Positions 14,139 to 24,088 of a stretch of 64,000 nt of DNA are shown here, one piece after another. The position numbers were made by a program, and so were the translations under genes. Each line of letters opens with the position of its first letter. Within the stretch, counting starts at the first letter, position 1. This DNA is from Callorhinchus milii (lineage: Eukaryota), in the NCBI RefSeq assembly GCF_018977255.1, contig NW_024704743.1, forward strand, positions 50,036,001-50,100,000, in the 5' to 3' direction. The notes below the pieces were generated by a model. The model made no database searches, had not been told where the DNA came from, and worked only from the letters and a program-made list of their open reading frames with translations.

Positions 14139-14630
14139 AACAACAACAAAATTACATTTGTATAGCGCCTCTCATGTCGGGAGGATGTCCGAAGACACTG
14201 GACAATCAGTGATTTGGACCCGAGCTGGGGGTTGGGATCAGGGAGGGTGGAAGGCAGGGGGGAAGCAGGGTGATCAAAAGCACGGTCAAAGCGGAGGGTC
14301 TTGAGACAGGTCTTGAAGAAAGGAAGGAAGGGAGGGGACGAGATGGAGGGACTGCGGAATGGAGTTCCAGAGGGTGGGGGCAGAGTGGTTGAAGGCCCGC
14401 CCGCCAATGGTGGCGTGGGTGAGGCAGGGGATGTGAAGCAGGCCGGAACCCGCTGAGTGGAAGGAGTTGGTAGTTGGGGGTTAGGACGTCACAGAGGTAG
14501 GGGGGAGCAAGGCCATGGAGGGTTTTGAAGGTGAGGACCCGGATCTTGAACTGTATCCTCTGTGTGGAGTCAGGTGAGGATGGGGATGATAGGGTCACAG
14601 AGCCTGGTGCGGGAGAGAACACGAGCTGCA
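14139..14630 (-). mobile_element. L2 LINE 3' end
   Basis: RIQFKIRVLTFKTLHGLAPPYL, FKTCLKT, (TTG)n tail. Confidence 0.88.
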
Positions 14631-15234
14631 GACATTGGTCTGGATGAAGAAGGTCCTTTCGCCTTCTGCATCATTTGGCTGATCTTTTTCTCTTGTGTAC
14701 CAACATTGGCAACTTGATGACACAAACTGCATTGTAAATGTAATTATGCTGCCTGCATGTTGTGCACACTCATGGCTGTCTTCCCCTAACCAATAAGTGG
14801 TGTTTCAAGTGATCGTCCACTAAAGACAGTCATTACTGCATAACATAGCACCACACAGGAAGTGTCTTGTCAACAGGAGCATAACCAGCATTCAACAACT
14901 GCAGTACTTCAAATAATAATAATAATCCTTGCATTTGGTATAGCACCTTTCACATCAAGAGAACATCCCAAACCCTTCTTTTTCAAAACAGTCATCTAAT
15001 GTTGTTTTATGGATAAAATAAAAAGTCTGCATTTTACGTATGTTTGTATGAATAAACATTATTTTTTTTTCTTAAAACGTTGTGCAAGTCCAGAGGACTC
15101 CAGGGAGAAAATGAATAAGGTTCTACAAACACACAATATTATTCCTGGATAAACCATCAGATGTATCAATTTTCAGCGCAAATTAAAAATTAAAAGGGGC
15201 TTTACACAGAGATGAGGGAATTATTTCCAAATAA

Positions 15235-15520
15235 TCCTTCAGATGAGAGGTTAAACCAAGGTCCTGTTTGCCTGTTCAGGTAAATGTTACAGATCCCATG
15301 GCACTATTTCAAAAGAGAAGGGAGTTTCTCCCGCTGTCCTGACCCCCAAATAAAATTGGTTATAAATGTCTTGGCTCTTTGTGGGACATTGCTGTGTGCC
15401 ACTGGGCTCTGCTGCGTTTGGTTACAAAATACAGTCACTCAATTTCACAGTAAAACACGTGAAGTCCTTCTAACGTAACAGAATACCTTCTATATACCAA
15501 ACGCGTGGATCATCATTGTT
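15235..15520 (+). mobile_element. Deu-domain SINE (SacSINE1/AmnSINE1-like) fragment
   Basis: gatgag..gttaaacc.agg.cc.gt.tgcctgttcagg...gatcccatggcactattt core. Confidence 0.7.
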
Positions 15521-15599
15521 ATTAAAGCTATTCATTAACTCTAAAGCCTGAATGCAGCAATGAGGTAAATGCCAGACTGCCCGTCACTCATTTTTTTTA

Positions 15600-16108
15600 A
15601 AAAAAAAATCCTCACTTCATCCACACAGTGTCCAGTCTCCGGACCCCAATGCATTGCGATTTTTAACAGATCCGACAAGAAAGCAAATAAACTCCGTTGA
15701 ACGAGGAGATTCGAGACTTGAAGGAGATATGGACTTCACAAGTGGTTGAATGGGTTGAAATGAGAAACGACCCCCCACGAACTTTCGGAATGAGAGCAAA
15801 GAGGGACAGATTTTCCAGAATGAATGGGATCCTCCAGCAATGCGCTGATGGCACAGCTCTGGAGGTTAAGGCTGTTACAGTGATGGTTTCTCTGTGGCTG
15901 AGACTGACACTGACACTGACTCAGTGCCACACAGCGCTCTGCAGTTACAGTCCAGTCACAGCGAACACTCCCCAACACCTTCACACGGCTCCTCCGGCAA
16001 TCACTCTCACCACATCCACATCAGCTGCAGATCCCTGTCTGTCTGTCTGTCTGTCTGTCTGTGTCTGTGTGTGTGTGTGTGTCTGTCTGTCTGTGTGTGT
16101 CTCTGTGT

Positions 16109-16140
<32 letters not shown>

Positions 16141-16326
16141 CTGTCTGTGTGTGTGTGTCTGTCTGTGTGTCTGTGTGTGTGTGTGTGTGTGTGTCTGTGT
16201 GTGTGTGTGTTTGTCTGTCTGTGTGTGTCTGTATGTGTGTGTGTGTCTGTGTGTGTGTGTCTGTGTGTGTGTGTGTCTGTCTGTCTGTGTGTGTGTGTGT
16301 CTGTGTGTCTGTGTGTGTGTGTGTGT

Positions 16327-16394
<68 letters not shown>

Positions 16395-16420
16395 CTGTCT
16401 GTGTGTGTGTGTGTGTGTGT

Positions 16421-16452
<32 letters not shown>

Positions 16453-16559
16453 CTGTCTGTCTGTGTGTGTGTGTCTGTGTGTGTGTCTGTGTGTGTGTGT
16501 CTGTGTCTGTGTGTGTGTGTCTGTGTGTGTGTGTCTGTGTGTGTGTGTCTGTGTCTGTC

Positions 16560-16590
<31 letters not shown>

Positions 16591-17050
16591 CTGTCTGTCT
16601 GCAGAGCTCCACATAATGTCCTGTGTTACCAAACCATTGCCAACTGACCAGATGCAAACCCTGTGAGTTTGTCCTTCTGATGGTTATTCGCCTGAAAATC
16701 TGCCCCCAAATAACGCTGCTTCTTTGCAACATCACCTTTAAACGCGTTGCTCCGCCGCCTGAATCGTTCAGTGGGCAAAACAACCTGTTTTCGTGTCCTG
16801 TTTGATTCCGATCGACAATAAATTACTGACTAAATAAACACACAGACCTTCCCGTCCTTACCTTCCGCGATGCAAAACCTCCTGCGGTTCGAAATGGGTC
16901 TCCAATCGCGCAGCCGATGTTGAACCACAAGGACAACAATAATTCAGGTCCAGTCACATCACTCCTCGCAACTCAGGGCTTTGCACTGCCGATCTGTAAG
17001 CAAACAGAGTGGTGTCTGACCACAGAGTGGTGCGTGCAACCAGACTGGGA
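15600..17050. promoter_or_regulatory. CpG-enriched island / putative promoter, split by a microsatellite
   Basis: About 20 CpG in 16680-16995 and about 14 in 15640-16000 (hand count) against a CpG-depleted background; non-repetitive; CCAAT at 16902-16906, forkhead-like TAAATAAACA at 16831-16840. Confidence 0.55.
16036..16600. repeat. Compound (TG)n/(TCTG)n microsatellite
   Basis: Directly visible, ~565 bp. Confidence 0.98.
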
Positions 17051-17057
17051 TGTGTGA

Positions 17058-20000
17058 GGGCAGAGAGTGGGGTGTGAGAGAGAGGGCAGAGAGTGGTGTG
17101 AGAGAGGGCAGAGAGTGGTGTGAGAGAGAGGGCAGAGAGTGGTGTGAGAGAGCGCAGAGAGTGGTGTGAGAGGGAAGAGAGTGGTGTGAGAGGGTAGAGA
17201 GTGGTGTGAGAGAGAGGGCAGAGAGTGGTGTGAGAGAGGGCAGAGAGTGGTGTGAGAGAGGGCAGAGAGTGGTGTGAGAGAGCGCAGAGAGTGGTGTGAG
17301 AGGGAAGAGTGGTGTGAGAGGGTAGAGAGTGGTGTGAGAGAGAGGGCAGAGAGTGGTGTGAGAGGGCAGAAAGTGGTGTGAGAGAGGGCAGAGAGTGGTG
17401 TGAGAGAGGGCAGAGAGTGGTGAGAGAGGGCAGAGAGTGGTGTGAGAGGGCAGAGAGTGGTGTGAGAGAGGGCAGAGAGTGGTGTGAGAGAGGGCAGAGA
17501 GTGGTGTGAGAGAGGGCAGAGAGTGGTGTGAGAGAGAGGGCAGAGAGTGGTGTGAGAGAGGGCAGAGAGTGGTGTGAGAGAGGTCAGGGAGTGGTGTGAG
17601 AGAGGGCAGAGAGTGGTGTGAGAGGGCAGAGAGTGGTGTGAGAGAGGGCAGAGAGTGGTGTGAGAGAGGGCAGAGAGTGGTGTGAGAGGGCAGAGAGTGG
17701 TGTGAGAGGGGCAGAGAGTGGTGAGAGGGCAGAGAGTGGTGTGAGAGAGGGCAGAGAGTGGTGTGAGAGAGAGGGCAGAGAGTGGTGTGAGAGAGAGGGC
17801 AGAGAGTGGTGTGAGAGAGAGGAGAGAGTGGTGTGAGAGGGCAGAGAGTGGTGTGAGAGGGCAGAGAGTGGTGTGAGAGAGAGGGCAGAGTGGTGTGAGA
17901 GAGGGCAGAGAGTGGTGTGAGAGAGGGCAGAGAGTGGTGTGAGAGGGCAGAGAGTGGTGTGAGAGAGGCAGAGAGTGTGTGAGAGAGGGCAGAGAGTGGT
18001 GTGAGAGGGCAGAGAGTGGTGTGAGAGAGGGCAGAGAGTGGTGTGAGAGAGGGCAGAGAGTGGTGTGAGAGAGGGCAGAGAGTGGTGTGAGAGAGAGGGC
18101 AGAGAGTGGTGTGAGAGGGCAGAGAGTGGTGAGAGGGCAGAGAGTGGTGTGAGAGAGAGGCAGAGAGTGGTGTGAGAGGGCAGAGAGTGGTGTGAGAGGG
18201 CAGAGAGTGGTGTGAGAGAGGGCAGAGAGTGGTGTGAGAGGGCAGAGAGTGGTGTGAGAGGGCAGAGAGTGGTGAGAGGGCAGAGAGTGGTGAGAGGGCA
18301 GAGAGTGGTGAGAGAGAGAGGGCAGAGAGTGGTGTGAGAGGGCAGAGAGTGGTGTGAGAGAGGGCAGAGTGGTGTGAGAGAGAGGGCAGAGAGTGGTGTG
18401 AGAGAGGGCAGAGAGTGGTGTGAGAGAGGGCAGAGAGTGGTGTGAGAGAGAGGGCAGAGAGTGGTGTGAGAGGGCAGAGAGTGGTGTGAGAGAGGGCAGA
18501 GAGTGGTGTAAGAGAGAGGTCAGAGAGTGGTGTGAGAGAGGGCAGAGAGTGGTGTGAGAGGGCAGAGAGTGGTGTGAGAGGGCAGAGAGAGGTGTGAGAG
18601 GGCAGAGAGTGGTGTGAGAGGGCAGAGAGTGGTGTGAGAGGGCAGAGAGTGGTGTGAGAGGGCAGAGAGTGGTGTGAGAGAGGGCAGAGAGTGGTGTGAA
18701 AGAGGGCAGAGAGTGGTGTGTGAGAGAGGGCAGAGAGTGGTGTGAGAGAGGGCAGAGAGTGGTGTGAGAGAGGGCAGAGAGTGGTGTGAGAGAGGGCAGA
18801 GAGTGGTGTGAGAGGGCAGAGAGTGGTGTGAGAGGGCAGAGAGAGGTGTGAGAGGGCAGAGAGTGGTGTGAGAGGGCAGAGAGTGGTGTGAGAGAGAGGG
18901 CAGAGAGTGGTGTGAGAGAGGCAGAGAGTGGTGTGAGAGAGGGCAGAGAGTGGTGTGAGAGGGCAGAGAGTGGTGTGAGAGGGCAGAGAGTGGTGTGAGA
19001 GGGCAGAGAGTGGTGTGAGAGGGCAGAGAGTGGTGTGAGAGGGCAGAGAGTGGTGTGAGAGAGGGCAGAGAGTGGTGTGAGAGAGAGAGCAGAGAGTGGT
19101 GTGAGAGAGAGGCAGAGAGTGGTGTGAGAGGGCAGAGAGTGGTGTGAGAGAGAGGGCAGAGAGTGGTGTGAGAGAGAGAGCAGAGAGTGGTGTGAGAGAG
19201 GGCAGAGAGTGGTGTGAGAGAGAGGGCAGAGAGTGGTGTGAGAGAGGGCAGAGAGTGGTGTGAGAGAGGGCAGAGAGTGGTGTGAGAGAGGGCAGAGAGT
19301 GGTGTGAGAGAGAGCAGAGAGTGGTGTGAGAGAGAGCAGAGAGTGGTGTGAGAGAGGGCAGAGAGTGGTGTGAGAGGGCAGAGAGTGGTGTGAGAGAGAG
19401 GTCAGAGAGTGGTGTGAGAGAGAGGGCAGAGAGTGGTGTGAGAGAGGGCAGAGAGTGGTGTGAGAGGGCAGAGAGTGGTGTGAGAGGGCAGAGAGTGGTG
19501 TGAGAGAGGGCAGAGAGTGGTGTGAGAGGGCAGAGAGTGGTGTGAGAGAGGGCAGAGAGTGGTGTGAGAGAGAGGGCAGAGAGTGGTGTGAGAGAGAGAG
19601 CAGAGAGTGGTGTGAGAGGGCAGAGAGTGGTGTGAGAGAGAGGCAGAGAGTGGTGTGAGAGAGAGGGCAGAGAGTGGTGTGAGAGAGGGCAGAGAGTGGT
19701 GTGAGAGAGGGCAGAGAGTGGTGTGAGAGAGGGCAGAGAGTGGTGTGAGAGAGGGCAGAGAGTGGTGTGAGAGGGCAGAGAGTGGTGTGAGAGGGCAGAG
19801 AGTGGTGTGAGAGAGGGCAGAGAGTGGTGTGAGAGAGGGCAGAGAGTGTGTGAGAGAGGGCAGAGAGTGGTGTGAGAGAGAGAGCAGAGAGTGGTGTGAG
19901 AGGGCAGAGAGTGGTGTGAGAGGGCAGAGAGTGGTGTGAGAGAGGGGCAGAGAGTGGTGTGAGAGAGGGCAGAGAGTGGTGTGAGAGGGCAGAGAGTGGT

Positions 20001-21998
20001 GTGAGAGAGAGGGCAGAGAGTGGTGTGAGAGGGCAGAGTGGTGTGAAAGAGGGGCAGAGAGTGGTGAGAGGGCAGAGAGTGGTGTGGAGAGGGCAGAGAG
20101 TGGTGAGAGGGCAGAGAGTGTGTGAGAGGGCAGAGAGTGGTGTGAGAGGGCAGAGAGTGGTGTGAGAGAGGGCAGAGAGTGGTGTGAGAGGGCAGAGAGT
20201 GGTGTGAGAGGGCAGAGAGTGGTGTGAGAGGAGGTGTGTGGAGGGCAGAGAGTGGTGTGAGAGGGCAGAGAGTGGTGTGAGAGAGGGCAGAGAGTGGTGT
20301 GAGAGAGAGGGCAGAGAGTGGTGTGAGAGAGGGCAGAGAGTGGTGTGAGAGAGGGCAGAGAGTGGTGTGAGAGGGCAGAGAGTGGTGTGAGAGGGCAGAG
20401 AGTGTGGGGAGTGGTGAGAGGGCAGAGAGTGGTGTGAGAGGGCAGAGAGTGGTGTGAGAGGGCAGAGAGTGGTGTGAGAGAGCAGAGAGTGGTGTGAGAG
20501 AGAGCAGAGAGTGGTGTGAGAGGGCAGAGAGTGGTGTGTGAGAGGGCAGAGAGTGGTGTGAGAGAGGGCAGAGAGTGGTGTGAGAGAGGCAGAGAGTGGT
20601 GTGAGAGAGAGGGCAGAGAGTGGTGTGAGAGAAAGAGCAAAGAGTGGTGTGAGAGGGCAGAGAGTGGTGTGAGAGGGCAGAGAGTGGTGTGAGAGGGCAG
20701 AGAGTGGTGTGAGAGGGCAGAGAGTGGTGTGAGAGGGCAGAGAGTGGTGTGAGAGAGCAGAGAGTGGTGTGAGAGGGCAGAGAGTGGTGTGAGAGGGCAG
20801 AGAGTGGTGTGAGAGAGGGCAGAGAGTGGTGTGAGAGAGAGGGCAGAGAGTGGTGTGAGAGGGCAGAGAGTGGTGTGAGAGGGCAGAGAGTGGTGTGAGA
20901 GGGCAGAGAGTGGTGTGAGAGAGGGCAGAGAGTGGTGTGGGAGAGGGCAGAGAGTGGTGTGAGAGAGGGCAGAGAGTGGTGTGAGAGGGCAGAGAGTGGT
21001 GTGAGAGGGCAGAGAGTGGTGTGAGAGGGCAGAGAGTGGTGTGAGAGGGCAGAGAGTGGTGTGAGAGAGAGGCAGAGAGTGGTGTGAGAGGGCAGAGAGT
21101 GGTGAGAGAGAGGGCAGAGAGTGGTGTGAGAGGGCAGAGAGTGGTGTGTGAGAGGGCAGAGAGTGGTGTGAGAGAGGGCAGAGAGTGTGTGAGAGGGCAG
21201 AGAGTGGTGTGAGAGAGGGCAGAGAGTGGTGTGAGAGGGCAGAGAGTGGTGTGAGAGGGCAGAGAGAGGTGTGAGAGGGCAGAGAGTGGTGTGAGAGGGC
21301 AGAGAGTGGTGTGAGAGAGGGCAGAGAGTGGTGTGAGAGAGGGCAGAGAGTGGTGTGAGAGAGAGCAGAGAGTGGTGTGAGAGGGCAGAGAGTGGTGTGA
21401 GAGGGCAGAGAGTGGTGTGAGAGGGCAGAGAGTGGTGTGAGAGGGCAGAGAGTGGTGTGAGAGGGCAGAGAGTGGTGTGAGAGGGCAGAGAGTGGTGTGA
21501 GAGAGGGCAGAGAGTGGTGTGAGAGAGGGCAGAGAGTGGTGTGAGAGAGAGGGCAGAGAGTGGTGTGAGAGAGGGCAGAGAGTGGTGTGAGAGAGGGCAG
21601 AGAGTGGTGTGAGAGAGGGCAGAGAGTGGTGTGAGAGAGGCAGAGAGTGGTGTGAGAGAGAGGGCAGAGAGTGGTGTGAGAGAGAGGGCAGAGAGTGGTG
21701 TGAGAGGGCAGAGAGTGGTGTGAGAGAGAGGGCAGAGAGTGGTGTGAGAGAGGGCAGAGAGTGGTGTGAGAGGGCAGAGAGTGGTGTGAGAGAGGGCAGA
21801 GAGTGGTGTGAGAGGGCAGAGAGTGGTGTGAGAGAGAGGGCAGAGAGTGGTGTGAGAGAGGGCAGAGAGTGGTGTGAGAGGGCAGAGTGGTGTGAAGAGG
21901 GCAGAGAGTGGTGTGAGAGAGGGCAGAGAGTGGTGTGAGAGAGAGGGCAGAGAGTGGTGTGAGAGAGAGGTCAGAGAGTGGTGTGAGAGAGGGCAGAG
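17058..21998. repeat. Minisatellite, unit GGCAGAGAGTGGTGTGAGAG with variable extra AG (mainly 20/22/24 bp), roughly 230 units
   Basis: Directly visible tandem array that runs into an assembly gap; copy number estimated from length. Confidence 0.99.
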
Positions 21999-22023
21999 NN
22001 NNNNNNNNNNNNNNNNNNNNNNN
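21999..22023. other. Assembly gap (25 N)
   Basis: Run of n; single n also at 48690 and 52306. Confidence 1.
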
Positions 22024-22538
22024 GAGAACATTCCCTTTACCCCTACTCTCTGTTTCCTGCTTCCCAACCAATTACCAAGCCACGTTGCAAGGTTACCTCC
22101 AGATCCACACTTCCATTTTCACTAATAATCTTTTGTGCGGAACCTTATCAAATGCCTTCTGAAAGTCCATATAAATGACATCCATAGACATTCTCCTATT
22201 AGTGACCTCCTCAAAAAATTCAACTAGATTAGTCGGACACGACCTACCCTTTACAAATCCATGCTAACTCTCTTTGACACAAACCCTTGCTGACTCTCTT
22301 CTCTCCATGAGAACCTCCCTTCTCATTTTGAATAGTGCATGGGATCTTTAACATCCAATAGCAACAACAACAACTTGGATTTATATAGCACCCTCCACGC
22401 CGGACGGCATCTCAGAGAGCTTCACAGTAACGGATCCCGGGGTCGAGCCAGGGGGAGGAAGGTGACCAAAGGCATGGTTGAAAAGAAAGGTCTTCAGCTG
22501 AGACCTGAAAATAGGAAAAGACAGAGCGAGGCGAAGAG
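22024..22538 (-). repeat. Inverted duplication, copy 1 (partner 27337-27851)
   Basis: Reverse complement match over 515 bp, no indel, two mismatches seen. Confidence 0.95.
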
Positions 22539-22670
22539 AGTGAGGAAGGGAGTTCCAGAGCCTCGGGGTGTAGTGGCTGAAGGCACGGCCACCGATGGTG
22601 GAGCGGAGGACTCGGGGGATGAGGAGGAGGCCAGACCCGGTGGAGCGAAGGCTGAACAGGCAGATGTTTC
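22359..22670 (-). mobile_element. L2 LINE 3' end nested in a Deu-domain SINE
   Basis: GGRAFSHYTPRLWNSLP...LKTFLF and (TTG)n tail; SINE head at ~22740-22810 and SINE body at ~22310-22355 flank it. Confidence 0.85.
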
Positions 22671-23732
22671 CATGGTTTAACATCATTGACAATGCTGTGC
22701 TCACCTAGCAACACATTGGATGGTCAGTCTAGACTGTGAGTTTAAAGACCTGACGTGGGCCTTGAACCCACAACCTTCTAACTCAGAGGCAAGAGGCAGG
22801 CTGACTAGCTGTAATCAGCATCCCACTGCAGTGCAGGCTTGTTATAATTCACTTCACTGGAGCGCAAATTGACTCATAAAACCATTGCAATGTGGATCCT
22901 ATTCACTGGCCTTTTTAATAGCAGCTTCATACTGATTAAAAACCTTAAGTGAATGATGAATACTAAACCCAAATAATTTTACTCTCCACCACAGGCAACA
23001 TCCCTTATTTGATATTACAATATGCATTACATTGTGTTCTACATTAAAATTCATCAGTTACTTCTATTCGTTTATAGAAAGGGAAAGAAGTAACCAATGT
23101 CTGATATCTCATATATCTGTTCAATTGGTCCAGAGGTACCTGAATGCTATTGATCCTCCTTATTTTATTCACCTGCCCATATTTTGTTTTGGTTAGCCAG
23201 GTGTCTGACACACATGGAAATCTATCGCTATGTTTAGGATTATGTAGACCAAATGAAAAGTTCCACATATATGTGGAAATTTTCCCTTTGTCTGGAGTGG
23301 TGTGCACATGCTTGGAGGGATGACTCTGATTACTTTAATCCCAGAAAGTATTTGGTACAGGTTGACAAGAGCCAAGATTTGGTGCTCTCAGAACGTGCAT
23401 TGGGGACCGCTAGAGTTTAACCAGCTAAAACCTCGTAGCTTGCCATTGTGAACACTGTCTGGCCAGCTTCCCCTATCTGTCCAGCTAGGGCCAGTGCCCA
23501 TATTTTGCTAGATGAGATAGTAAACATTCTAAATGACTATTTATTGGAGGTTTATTTTTATCATGGAGTACACTAAAAGCATGACATCTAGCATCCAACA
23601 TGCTAACATTCCAAGATAATAACCCCAGGACATAAGTAAGACATAAAGGGTTTAACATGTAATCCGTTCTCTTTGCAAGATCTTGATTGCTTCCTCAAAT
23701 CCTGTAGGACCTGAGCTTTGTGTCATAATAAA

Positions 23733-24088
23733 AATAATCCTTTTATTTGATATCGAGTCTTATCACGTCTTCGAGATGTCTCGAAACACTTCACAGAATA
23801 TACTGTAAAGTGAATTGACTGTATATTTTTTGGGCGAAATGTAGCAGCCAATTGCGCACAGCAGTATCCCACAAATAGTCGTTGATTGAGAGACCAATGT
23901 TTTTTAAGGAATTATTACCTCTGAAAAGCAATCCACTAATTGACTAACAACTGGGTTCCTACTTACTGCTGGGTAAACAGAGGCATGTTGCGTAAGGAAA
24001 CTTGCTCAATGTTTCGTCCTGCTGGGAATCGAACCCAGATTTCTCGCTTACGAAGTGAATGCTCTAACCACTAAGCTACAGGACTCCC
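23733..24088 (-). mobile_element. Full-length SINE, longer subfamily
   Basis: tRNA head with GTTCGATTCC B box, internal extra segment, tail. Confidence 0.9.

Noticed and set aside
15697..16783. Poly-CV and poly-TH ORFs (also 9096-9622)
   Set aside because: Microsatellite translations
17058..21998. CRISPR-like or telomeric array
   Set aside because: No unique spacers, eukaryotic context, and no TTAGGG units
16959..22071. 1702-aa and 889-aa minus-strand ORFs
   Set aside because: Translations of the minisatellite, whose unit lacks stop codons; they start in a CR1 fragment and cross the N gap
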